Assembly: GCF_006345805.1 (NCBI RefSeq)
Contig: NW_021835650.1
Location: forward strand, 1-26,062
DNA length: 26,062 nt
Direction of reading: 5' to 3'
Source: Octopus sinensis
Taxonomy: Eukaryota
This document shows, one piece after another, positions 1-10,560 of the stretch. The notes beneath the pieces are model-generated. The model worked only from the letters and a program-made list of their open reading frames with translations, did no database searches and had not been told where the DNA came from. Each line of letters begins with the position of its first letter. Position 1 is the stretch's first letter. The position numbers were made by a program, and so were the translations under genes.

Positions 1-208
1 ATTTTTCCAAAAAATGTAAAATCTTCTTGAGACATAAAAGGGACTCTCAGACTGAGTGAATTGAAGCTGAAGCATCAAACAGGAAGAATGCATTTTGAAG
101 ATAACAAATTACTGTAGGAATCCTCACTTTTGAACTCGCAAACGCAAAGGAAAACTTAAAGTATTCATCTATAATAACCAACAAGTATCGGTAAGAGTTA
201 TACACTGA
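1..208 (-). pseudogene. Ty3/Gypsy integrase catalytic-core fragment (decayed)
   Basis: Minus strand reads SVYNSYRYLLVIIDEYFKFSFAF...TVICYLQNAFFLFDASASIHS and, after a frameshift, PFMSQE. This matches the Gypsy integrase pattern Y-L-V-x-D-E-Y-S-R-F-P-F-A-F ... H-S-D-R-G-x-x-F-M-S. It runs off the window start. Confidence 0.85.
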
Positions 209-850
209 AGGCAGCGAGTTAGCAGAAACGTTAGCATGCCGGGCGAAGTGCTTAGCGGTACTTCGTCTGCCGTTACGTTCTGAGTTTAAATTCCGCCGAG
301 GTCGACTTTGCCTTTCATCCTTTCGGGGTTGATAAATTAAGTACCAGTTACGCACTGGGGTCAATGTAATCGACTAAATCCTTTTGTCTGTCCTTGTTTG
401 TCTCCTCTATGTTTAGTTCCTTGTGGGTAATAAAGAAATAAGAAACGTTAGCACGCCGGGTTAAATGCTTAGTGGTATTTCATCTGTCTTTGTGTTCTGA
501 GTTCAAATTCCGCCAAGGTCGACTTTGCCTTTCATCCTTTCGGGGTTGATAAATTAAATACCAGTTACGCACTGGGGTCAATGTAATCGACTAAATCCTT
601 TTGTCTGTCCTTGTTTGTCTCCTCTATGTTTAGTTCCTTGTGGGTAATAAAGAAATAAGAAACGTTAGCACGCCGGGTTAAATGCTTAGTGGTATTTCGT
701 CTGTCTTTACGTTCTGAGTTCAAATTCCGCCAAGGTCGACTTTGCCTTTCATCCTTTCGGGATCGATAAATTAAATGGCAGTTGCGTGCTGGGATCTAAT
801 CGATTGCCCCCTTCCCATAAAATTTCTGGCCTTGTGCCTGGTGTAGAAAT
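209..850 (+). mobile_element. Head-to-tail trimer of tRNA-derived SINE family A, inserted in the Gypsy integrase
   Basis: tRNA-like head (ggcagcgagttagcagaaacgttagc; B box gagtt(t/c)aaattcc) and central gcctttcatcctttcggggt(t/c)gataaattaagtaccag module. Units restart at 441 and 658 (217-bp period). A 14-bp TSD gagttatacactga lies at 195-208 and 851-864. Confidence 0.9.
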
Positions 851-985
851 GAGTTATACACTGACAAAGGAACTTTGAAGCCAGCACCGAGACGCTGAAG
901 CGTTGCGTGGACTTAAAAAGTTTGACTTGGGATGGATAAAAGAATCGAGGTTTCAATTCTTAGCATGCAATGCATTTATCATATT
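851..985 (-). pseudogene. Gypsy integrase zinc-finger CxxC / core junction fragment
   Basis: Minus strand KCIAC*ELKPRFFYPSQVKLFKSTQRF, then FKVPLSVYNS after a frameshift. This matches CxxCxExKPRF...LIKATQPFE...DFKGPLP and joins 1-208 once the SINE trimer and one TSD copy are removed. Confidence 0.8.
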
Positions 986-1008
986 CTTTTTTTTATGAAA
1001 AAAACTTC

Positions 1009-1399
1009 GGTGCAGGCTTGTCTGCATGGTTAAGAAGCTCGCTTTGCAACTATGTGGTTTCGGGTTCAGTCCCACTGCCCTGCACGTTGAGCAAATGTCT
1101 TCCACTATAGCCATGGGCTGCCCAACGCCTTGTGAGTAAATTTGGTTGACGGAAACTATGTGGAAGTTCGTAGCATACATATATTTGTGTGCATGTGTGA
1201 GTTGTGATTGTTTGTCGCACCCGCTTTACCGGTGTTAGTTTGTTGACGTCACCGTAACTTAGCGGTTTGACAAAAGAGATCGATAGAACAAATACCAGCG
1301 GTAAAAAGAAAAGAAGTGGGATCGATTTGTACGATTAAACCCTTCAAGGCGGAGCCTCACCATTCTCGCAGTTCAGTGAGTGAAAGATGACTAAAAGAT
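1009..1399 (+). mobile_element. Old diverged copy of SINE family B
   Basis: Head with ggttcagtcccactg, ttgagcaaatgtcttccactatagcc, and a 3' module gtaacttagcggtttgacaaaagagatcgatagaa. Homologous to the copies at 15348, 22576 and 24788. Confidence 0.8.
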
Positions 1400-1841
1400 A
1401 GTCCAAGAAAATGGGAATTTATTGGATCTGTCATCGTGCCATATTCAAGTCACTCCAACATGACACAAAAGCTTTTGTTAATCTGTGAATCTATATGTTA
1501 TGACAGAACACCTTCGTAAGAGCATCAGTTGCTGTTTCCTCTTTGTCGAATGCATAATTGTGGAACGACACTTCCATCCACCAACGAAGAATGTTACTTT
1601 TCTTTGTTTTCATCTACTTTATTGTGGCTAAATGTAAATGATATCAGTTGATTATATGTAATGTAAAACGGCCTCTTATACTTCTTGTGTTAGCATATTC
1701 TTGTTTTTAAACGAGAGATTTTGCTCAGGACGAATAAATTTTCTGGAGAAGAATACGACAGGTTTACTATACTGGGGAAAGTTATCAGATATTGTCCTTC
1801 CAAGAATGTTAGAATACAGTGGAATTTTGGGTGATATAGGC

Positions 1842-1886
<45 letters not shown>

Positions 1887-1940
1887 TAACTATTGGAGTT
1901 TCAAGCAATTGAAATATATCTTTACAAAAGAAAAGTGGCA
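1400..1940 (-). pseudogene. Gypsy RT-RNase H linker, RNase H and integrase HH fragment (decayed)
   Basis: Minus-strand motifs KPVVFFSRKF..PEQ (RNase H RPVAFFSRTL), NILRWWMEVS...ATDALTKVFC (ILRWRLELS...ADALSR) and LCHVGVT (LCHPGVT, integrase zinc-finger His). Multiple stops and frameshifts. Confidence 0.75.
1844..1878. repeat. (GA)n microsatellite followed by a G run
   Basis: Directly visible. Confidence 0.95.
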
Positions 1941-3369
1941 CAGGGTGGGGCAAAGAAGACGGACGTTTTTGAAATGGTTATTACTCAGACCCAGTTCGAC
2001 AGGTACCATTCGGTCCGTGGTGTCTTAGCATATTTTTTTTCTTTTCAGGTGAAGCCATGGTGTTGTGGACGATAGAGCATCGCGTGTTTACTTACGACAT
2101 TTACGTGAAGAATAATGAGTCTGTCACAGCAGTTCTGCATGAATTTCGGCGCCACTTCAACATTCACCGAAATCTGGCTGTTCCCACCCGTAACACAATT
2201 TTACGTTGGGTGAATGCACTTCACACACGAGATGCACTAATGGATAGGAGATTGGTAGGGGCGTCACGAACGGTATGGACTCCGGAAAATGTGGAACTCG
2301 TCAGACAAGCTTTGAAACGGAGTCCGAATAGCTCTGCTCGGAGGCATTCCACAGGACTTGGCATTGGTAATCGATCGGTAAGATGTATTTTGCATGAAGA
2401 CCTGCATTTCAACCCGTAGAAATTTGTCATTGGGCAACAGTTGAAACCACGAGACTATGCACATTGGCTTAACTTCGCACGTCAGATGAAAACAGTTTCT
2501 GAAGCAGATGACAACCTCATTTTGTTAATGCGTGATGAAATTCATTTTCATCTCAATGGCATGGTGAATCAACAGAACTGTCGTTATTGGGTTCTTGAAA
2601 ATCCAAGAGAACTGCATGAAAGACCACTGCACAGCACAAAAGTAACAGTCTGGTGTGCTGTGCAGTGGTCTTTCATGCAGTTCTCTTGGATTTTCAAGAA
2701 CCCAATACGACAGTTCTGTTGATTCACCATGCCATTGAGATGAAAGTAACAGTCTGGTGTGCTGTTGGAAAAAGCTGCCGTGATTGGTCCTTACTTTTTT
2801 TGAAGACAATAATGGAAATGCTGTTACTGTGAATTCCGAGCGTTACATCGAGATGATAAACTTCTTTGTGGCTGAATTACGACGGAAACGTATGCCTATT
2901 CGATGTGTGTGTTTTCAGCAGGATGCGGCGACAGCCCACACGACCAGAGTATCAATGGACGTTCATCGCCCTCTCTTCGGTTACCGCCTCATTTCCAGGC
3001 TTACTGACATTCCTTGGCCCTTTCGGTCCCCTATTTATCCACGTGTAATTATTTTTTCTCGGGAGACGTCAAGGCATGTGTGTATGCGCATAATACCCGT
3101 ACACTGGACGATTTTGAAGGAAGATATTCGCGTGGAAGTCGCCTAAATCGACAGAGCAATGCTGGAGAGAGTGGAGACCAACTTCCAAGAACGCCTTCAG
3201 AAATGCATCAATGAAAACGGACACCACATGATGGATGTTGTTTACCACACTTGATTTTGACAAATGTTAATTCAATACGAACATAGTGATGTCAATAAAA
3301 CTTGTTTGCAGCTAAAATTAATGATATTGTGAATTTCTCAAAAACGTCCGTCCTCTCTGCTCCACCCTG
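1941..3369 (+). mobile_element. Tc1/mariner-superfamily DNA transposon with DD41D spacing (rosa-like), non-functional
   Basis: About 35-bp imperfect TIRs: cagggtggggcaaagaagacggacgtttttga at 1941, and tcaaaaacgtccgtcctctctgctccaccctg ending at 3369. TA at 3370-3371; the left flank is CA (probably a mutated TA). Contains a transposase pseudogene. Confidence 0.92.
2057..3254 (+). pseudogene. Mariner-like transposase pseudogene (HTH plus DD41D catalytic domain)
   Basis: MVLWTIEHRVF...FRRHF...PTRNTILRW N-terminus; DEIHFHLNGMVNQQNCRYW..ENP..LHERPLHS.KVTVWCAV; GPYFFE...VTVNSERY; FQQDAATAHT; WPFRSP(D)LSTCNYF. There are 41 residues between the second D and the third position, which is mutated to N. 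Premature TAG at 2417, several frameshifts and a 104-bp insertion. Confidence 0.92.
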
Positions 3370-3371
3370 TA

Positions 3372-4062
3372 TTTAGTAGGGGCTGAATTAGTTCCGAGAA
3401 GCAGACACATTTTAAGTAGTAATTAAACGATAGCAGTAGTCGTTGTGGTTGTTCTGCATTGCTAGGTATCTGGCATCAACAAGGGTTTTGAGTCTTTTCC
3501 GGTCAGTTTTCAGCAAATTACTCTCTAATTTGTATCCTAGATAACAAATATATATGTGGCGAATACATTTATTATTACTTAAACTAATGCTTAGTCTTTT
3601 AGAGACTGAAATAAATTTCCTTAAATTCTTGTCTTGCTCTTCAGTAATTTTACCAATGACAATAGTATCGTCGACGCAAGTATAAATTTCTTTGAAGTTG
3701 TCAGTAATTATTTCGTTTAAATATTTGTTGTGCAAGATTTTTTATGTGAAGTCGTGTGTTGAAACAGATATTGTTATATTTCGGAATGGTCATATTGCCA
3801 GTTTAGCCAATAAAAACATACGCATAAGTAATTATTTCATCCATCAACTTTTGGAAACTCACTTGGAAAGGTAAATGCTCGTTTTCTTGAAAACAGTATA
3901 CTTATATTCTTTTTGGAGTTGTATCTGGTGATATGCTACTTTAGAATTTATTGTAGGAAATCGAACACGCGAGGTCTTCTATATTCGGAAATGGATAAGC
4001 ATCTAAAAAAAAAAATAGTAACGGCTTATCGTTCTTAAATAGTCAATAACAAAGTTACGTTT
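3372..4062 (-). pseudogene. Gypsy reverse transcriptase fragment (decayed)
   Basis: Minus-strand motifs KRNFVIDYLRTISRY, DAYPFPNIEDL, VAYHQIQL..EYKYTVF, SFQKLMDEII, IYTCVDDTIVIGK..EQDKNL.KF (YxDD box), CYLGY, DRKRLKTL and FNYYLK..FSELIQPL. Confidence 0.88.
3715..3826. mobile_element. 112-bp insertion with a 12-bp TSD inside the Gypsy RT (probably a truncated retroposon)
   Basis: agtaattatttc at 3703-3714 and 3827-3838. Removing the insert restores FQKLMDEIITDNFKEIYTCVDD. Confidence 0.75.
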
Positions 4063-4100
4063 GCTGCTACTACCACTACTATTGCTGCTGCTGCTACTGC

Positions 4101-4136
<36 letters not shown>

Positions 4137-4137
4137 C
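4062..4137. repeat. (CTG)n/(CTA)n/(CCA)n compound trinucleotide microsatellite
   Basis: Directly visible. Confidence 0.9.
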
Positions 4138-4662
4138 TTACTCGAGAAACCGTTTATGGCCGCTTGTTTATTTTTATAAATCCAAGTAGAAAAAGCGGCT
4201 ACGTTTAATTTCAGTTGGTTTCAAATAATTGCATAAATGTATTTGCTTATCAACTTCATGCTATATATTATTGTTGCTATTGGTAGCCATGTTCATGTTG
4301 ATGATAGAAACACACACACACACAGACACACACAGGCACACATACACACACACACACACACACGATTATATATACATGCGTGTATGTGTTTACCTGTATG
4401 TGTGTAATGTGATGGTAGTTTTCTAAATCGCCAGTCATGCATTTTGACCGTAACTAAAACGTGAGTGGCCATTGAGCTAAGAAGAATGTGTAGATATAAA
4501 TTGTTGGCAATTTAAAACTACATTAATATGAGTTTTGTATGAGCGAATTTATAGACCGTTTCCCGAAATTAATGGTCATACTTTACAATTTCCATAAGCG
4601 TTAAATCCAGCAGTAACCTGATGTATCCGTAAAGCGGAGAATGCTTGTATAGATATATACTC

Positions 4663-4663
4663 A

Positions 4664-4703
<40 letters not shown>

Positions 4704-4714
4704 ACACACAACAC

Positions 4715-4754
<40 letters not shown>
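4663..4754. repeat. (CA)n-(TA)n compound microsatellite
   Basis: Directly visible. Confidence 0.95.
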
Positions 4755-4756
<2 letters not shown>

Positions 4757-4936
4757 TTACTACCCACAAGGGGCTAAACACAGAAGAGACAACAAGATAA
4801 TAAACGGATTAAGTCGATTATATCGACCCCAGTGCGTATCTGGTACTTAATTTATCGACCCCGAAAGGATGAAAGGCAAAGTCAACCTCGGCAGAATTTG
4901 AACTCAGAACGTAACGGCAAACGAAATACGGCTACG

Positions 4937-4941
<5 letters not shown>
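4755..4941 (-). mobile_element. SINE family A, 5'-truncated, embedded in an (AT)n tract
   Basis: ctttactacccacaagggg...gaatttgaactcagaacgtaacggcaaacgaaatacgg, with (AT)n on both sides. Confidence 0.9.
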
Positions 4942-4988
<47 letters not shown>

Positions 4989-5299
4989 CCTATGCACACA
5001 TACATTATACACATTTTTGAGCATACCTACACATTCAGATATATGCGCATATATACATACACGTACAAATAAGCACGCACGCATACACAACACACATACA
5101 GTAACACTGTGTGACGAACGTGCGTCACTGTCGTACATGCGAGACTTTTCATTTCCAATCTACCGTAAAAACATGTTCGGCTATGGGGAAATTTTACCTT
5201 GCTTAGAAATAGTCGAGGGTTGGCAACAGAAACAGCATCCAGCTGTAGAAAATCTGCATTCCATCTGATTCATACAAGCTTCGAAAAGTGAACAGTAAT

Positions 5300-5456
5300 A
5301 GTTCAAATTCCGCTGAGGTCGACTTTGCTGTTCATCCTTTCGGGGTCGATTAAATAAGTACCAGTTACGTACTGGGGTCGATATAATCGACTTAATCTGT
5401 TTGTCTGTCATTGTTTGTTCTCTCTGTGTTTAGCCCCTTGTGGGTAGTAAAGAAAG
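5300..5456 (+). mobile_element. SINE family A, 5'-truncated
   Basis: gttcaaattccgctgaggtcgactttg...gtgggtagtaaagaaa. Confidence 0.88.
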
Positions 5457-7045
5457 AGATATTGATATTAAGATTGATGACTCTCGTGCAGCAGTGTTGT
5501 GATTCTTTTGTTACTACTTAGACACGTTCGAGGACAGATAAGCTTTAGTGAGAATGGCCATGTTATAACAGAAGCATGCGTAGAATTTTCCCGCCACAGT
5601 GTCCTGAAATAAAATTATTTTGGTCGCTCATTAGTTTATTTGTTTTTCTCATATAATAACCATTAGTTAGCTTTTTTAAAACAAATATGTTAACAGTAAC
5701 TTAACTGAAGATTTAACATGCGAATGGCTTCCCTGCGTAATATATCTTTTCATAGTTAGGTTATACTTTTTTTCATTTCCGGTCCTTGTGTGTAAGAAAA
5801 GCGGTGAGGATTCCATCACACGGCTTTGGTTTGCCATTTGACACATTTTATCTGTTGACCTCCCCCAACCACACATTAAGGGTTACATGGCATTGAAAAT
5901 ATGACCTGTCACAACACAGTGCTGTTTCTGAAACCTAAGTGCAGGCTTTTGGATTAATTACTTAGGGTTAAGTACTAGAGAAAGAAAAACAAAGCTACTT
6001 CGGGAAGGAAAAAAATATATATATATATTTATAGAAAAGTACAGAACCCTTATTTATAAAATTGATCATAGTTGGGAAAATCGAAGGAAATGAGTAGAAA
6101 CCAAAAATGAAATGATGAAACGAGGACAGGAAGAAATTAAGAATAGTTCCTAATAATGATAATCTTCAAGCAATTACTTGCTGACTTGTTGAATAGAGAC
6201 TAATGTGTAAGAAAAACCGATATATTGATAAAAAAAAAAAAATTAAAGCTGAAAATCACATCGGTCGTATTTGGACTAGACAAATCAATGAAACAATTCA
6301 GATATTTTCTTGGTTGCTATTTCTGTTATCGATAATTTTAGGATGTAGGACAAAGGAAGAAAGACATCCGTGAAATTACTGCATCGCCTTGCTAAAACAC
6401 ATCTTGGCAGATAAATTAGCCAAATTAGGCGGAAGTGTGGTGGTAACATTTTCAGTAAGACATCAAGCCGGGGAATTTATAATGTTAATGTCCCTTGGAA
6501 CATAACGAAACGTCTGCGCCATTTTATGTTTGTTTTTTGTTAGAGGAGAAGGTGAAAACAAGGAATTGCGATAAATTATTTTAGTAGATTTCTCTATTAT
6601 TACATTGGATAAAGAACTTCCTAAATAACGAAGAAGAAAAATGAAAATAAAAATAAACATACGTAAGTGCATATATCTTTATAGTCATTTACAGTAACTA
6701 CCTAAGTATCTGTATCGATCTGTCAATTCACCAATCTACCAGAACATTCACTTTTGGAGCTTTTCAATCGGAAACCAACAATGTGTTCAATGATAGATGT
6801 TTGAACACAAAACCCTAACCAACGGTTTCTGGAATTAAAAACTAAATAGCGTTGAGCATTCGTGTAGACGTTCAATGCAATGCAAACTCTTGATTTGCCG
6901 AACAAATCATGAGTTTGTGTAGTGGAAGCATCAAATTATGCACTAAAGACAAACGGAATCTATTTTAGCAGTATATTTATAAAATATACAAAACGTTAGA
7001 AAATCTCTATCTTGTTCGAGCAGAAAGATATGTCACTAGTAAACC

Positions 7046-7272
7046 TATTTCTTTACTACCCACAAGGGGCTAAACACAGAGAGGACGAACAAGGACAGAC
7101 AAACGGATTAAGTCGATCATATCGACCCCAGTGCGTAACTGTACTTATTTAATCGACCCCGAAAGGATAAAAGGCAAAGTCGACCTCGGCAGAATTTGAA
7201 CTCAGAACGTAACAGCAGACGAAATACCGCTAAGCATTTCGCCCGGCGCGCTAACGTTTCTGCCAGCTCGCC
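7046..7272 (-). mobile_element. SINE family A, near full length
   Basis: Full consensus; 17-bp TSD tatgtcactagtaaacc at 7029-7045 and 7273-7289. Confidence 0.95.
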
Positions 7273-8362
7273 TATGTCACTAGTAAACCATTGCACCATG
7301 CCACTGCAAGAAATCAACTTTGTCTTTCATCCTTCCGGTGTCCAAAGATAGCACCAGCTAAATACTAGCAGCAATTTTTCTTCTTCTCTCTCTGTTGTTT
7401 TTGAAAAGAGTCGTGGGTGTCTTCTCACAGCATTTCTTTTTCTTGAACAGAAAAATACTGAGCAAAGGATTAGCAGCCTCTTCTCAGAAAAACAACAACA
7501 AGAAGTCTGCTCTTGGTACTGTCAGAAGGACAGACCGATATGCAGTATGACATGGTACGGAAAAACAAAATTAGACATAACAGTGAGTTAAATAGAATTT
7601 ATGTGGTCGCTCTTTGGCTACAAATAATTGTCAGTTCCATCAAATCACATCAAACATCTTAAAGCAGCAGAACACATTTGAAAGTGTATTCTTAGATATA
7701 AAAAATTCAGATAGTCACGCCTTTGGTCATAGAGTTGCACGATAATAAAATTTTATCTTGGGGTGAATAACAATATCTCCATAATAGCAGCATTTTCAGT
7801 TATTAAAATAACAGAGGAATAATTCAGTAATATGTAGTTTATATAGGATTAGATTAATACTACGAAACAGTACAATATAAAGAAACAAATGGACTTAGTT
7901 GCAGATTACATATATTGTTCATAAAGTGGAAGTATTTGAAAGGAAAGTTCGAAGAATGTTAAATAAATTCAATAAATTGTCTTGAAGAGTAGGAAGTCTG
8001 ATGTTTTTGGTTCTAATATTGCTAAAAAAAAATTAGAAGAAAACGGATTATTTGACTGGTCAGAATTTTTACAAAGTTACTTTTCGATATAATGTTGCAG
8101 AACAAAACCATCATCGGTTTTGTCGCGCCTAGAATTTTACCATAGGAATAAATTAGTTTGCTGATGAAGATAGATCTGATATATCAAGGAGAAAAACGCT
8201 ATACAATGCATTGTCAATTAATCAATTAATTAATTGATCAACGCCTCTAGTTCTTGCAATTTCATTCAAATTAGAGAAGTATAAAACTGTTATGTTCGAG
8301 GGAGGGAGAGAAAATGGCTTACACTATATTTACAAACAGCTTAAACTGATGGCTGCTAAATA

Positions 8363-8583
8363 GCTATTTCTTTACTACCCACAGGGAGGACAAACAAGGA
8401 CAGACAAACGGTTCAAGTCGATTATATCGACTCCAGTGCGTAACTGGTACTTATTTGATCGACCCCGAAAGGATGAAAAGCAAAGTCGACCTTGGCGGAA
8501 TTTGAACTCACAACGTAGCGGCAGACGAAATACTGCTAAGAATTCCGCCCGGCGTGCTAACGTTTCTGCCAGCTCACCGCCTT
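8363..8583 (-). mobile_element. SINE family A, full length
   Basis: 14-bp TSD atggctgctaaata at 8349-8362 and 8584-8597. Confidence 0.93.
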
Positions 8584-8597
8584 ATGGCTGCTAAATA

Positions 8598-8832
8598 CCT
8601 ATTTCTTTATTACCCACAAGGGGCTAAATATAGAAGGGACAAACAAGGACAGACATAGGTATTAAGTCGAATACATCGACCCCAGTGCGTAACTGGAACT
8701 TAATTTATCGACCCCGAAAGGATGAAAGGCAAAGTCGACCTCGGCGGAATTTGTACTCAGAAAGTAGCGGCAGACGAAATACCGCTAAGCATCTCGTCCG
8801 GCATGCTAACGATTCTTCCAACTCGCCGCCTT
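8598..8832 (-). mobile_element. SINE family A, full length, adjacent to the previous copy
   Basis: Full consensus from tail cctatttcttt to head ctcgccgcctt; no TSD found. Confidence 0.9.
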
Positions 8833-8844
8833 CAACTTTTGGTA

Positions 8845-8923
8845 CAAGGTGCCATGCAGTGGGACTGAACCCAGAACCATGTGGTGGGAGGGAAGAAAGC
8901 TACCACACAGCCACTGCTGCTCC
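8845..8923 (-). mobile_element. SINE family B head fragment
   Basis: caaggtgccatgcagtgggactgaacccagaaccatgtgg...taccacacagccact matches the reverse complement of the family B tRNA head. Confidence 0.8.
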
Positions 8924-10094
8924 TCATGGCTGTCAAATACCCTTAGGTGGTAGATTTAATTCATGGTTCAGTTTCACAACACCCCGCATTTGGCGGAGTC
9001 AACTTTTGAGCATAGGGTCTTCGATTTGAGGATAATCTCGTCCATGATTAGTCTTAGAGACCTTGAAAGTTATCGTTAGTACTGCCTTGCCTCGTTTGAC
9101 TAAGCCATGTAAAGAAATATATAAAATGTGCCCCATATAGAACTAAAAATATTTTCAATTACTGTTTACTAACATAAGTATAATGTTTACATCTCACATT
9201 ATCAAGTAAGAACGTTTTCCTCAAGTTGTTCTCGAGTTAGACTGTAAGTGACATACATTTTCACAAACATCGAGCAATTCTTCTTTGATTAAAACAAGAA
9301 AATGTAAAGTTGTTTTATCAGACAAACTCTGATATACATTGCCAGCGATCACCCCTAGAGAATACAGGTTGTCATTGTATATTCATGTGTAGATCCGTAT
9401 GTTCACAAACAGATAAATAATTATATACAACATTGCTTCACGTCAATGCTAGCAAGCCTTGAACCCCTCCCATCAGAGGCCCAATAGAGTTTGCATTAGA
9501 AAAAAAAAATTGAAGCAAAATAAACAAGTACACTAAAATAAATAAAATAAATAAAATAAAATAAAGATGAAACCAAAAACATTTTATCGTCTGTTTATTT
9601 CGCCCGTATATGAATAGGTTCTTTATTAACTGTTTTATGACAAGTCTGGAGCACTTGTTACATAGTTTGGATGTGAAACTGCGAATAAAAGGAACATTTG
9701 ATTCAGTAATAAATATGTGATAAAACAGAGTGTGGGATTGTGATGGAAGAGAGAAGAGAAATAATATTAAGCAACTGTACCGTTTCTTAAGCTTACGTCT
9801 CCTTCTAATGACACATTAAACACGAGAATATCTTTAAAAAAAAAAATTAAGGTTGCGTTGGATAATGTAGTTCTGTTTTTTTAATCAAAAACAAATATCT
9901 TTCATTGATCGAAGGCCTACTTGATCACGACTGACCTCAGGTGAAAAAGAAAATGAAAACAATAAACGCGTAATATATTGCGATTTGTTATTAAAATAGG
10001 CCGACACTTCTAAATAATCATCTTTGTTGTAAATGAAGATTCTTCCAAAAAGCATTTAAAATTTTCATTCAATGTTTGTGCTGAAATTTCTCCC

Positions 10095-10136
10095 TCTCGC
10101 TCACTCTCTCTGTGTCTCTGTCTGTCTGTCTTTCTC

Positions 10137-10167
<31 letters not shown>

Positions 10168-10182
10168 ATCTATCTATCTATA

Positions 10183-10277
<95 letters not shown>

Positions 10278-10490
10278 TTATCTGTCTGTCTGTTTGCCTG
10301 TCAGTCTATTTAGCGATAGTTATACCTGTTTGTTTGAATATCTCTCTCTCTGTAATGCATGTTGCATATATATATACTTGTATGTATGTATGTATGTATG
10401 TATGTAAGTATGTGTGTATGTATGTGAGTATGTGTGTATATATATATGTTATATACTTGTATATATATATATATATATGTTATTTACATG

Positions 10491-10560
<70 letters not shown>
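10095..10560. repeat. Compound microsatellite block: (CT)n, (TATC)n, (TATG)n, (TA)n
   Basis: Directly visible; the near-perfect (TATC)n run spans about 10166-10277. Confidence 0.95.

Noticed and set aside
209-850. Regularly spaced repeats resembling a CRISPR array
   Set aside because: These are 217-bp SINE units in eukaryotic DNA, with no unique spacers or cas genes.
2525-2809. Minus-strand ORF containing transposase motifs
   Set aside because: A by-product of the internal inverted duplication, not a second transposase.
5700-5990. Non-repetitive stretch with homeodomain-like TAATTA and TGAC motifs, a possible enhancer
   Set aside because: Short motifs are expected by chance in AT-rich DNA, and no conservation data are available.
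6060-6200. LIIVGKIEG motif resembling the RTE ORF2 C-terminus (also KVEVFERKVRRML near 7920-7965)
   Set aside because: Too short and decayed to support without a profile search.
8161-8200. CTGATGAAG with a gata/tatc stem, a possible hammerhead
   Set aside because: GAAA does not directly follow stem II, and no stem I or stem III is evident.
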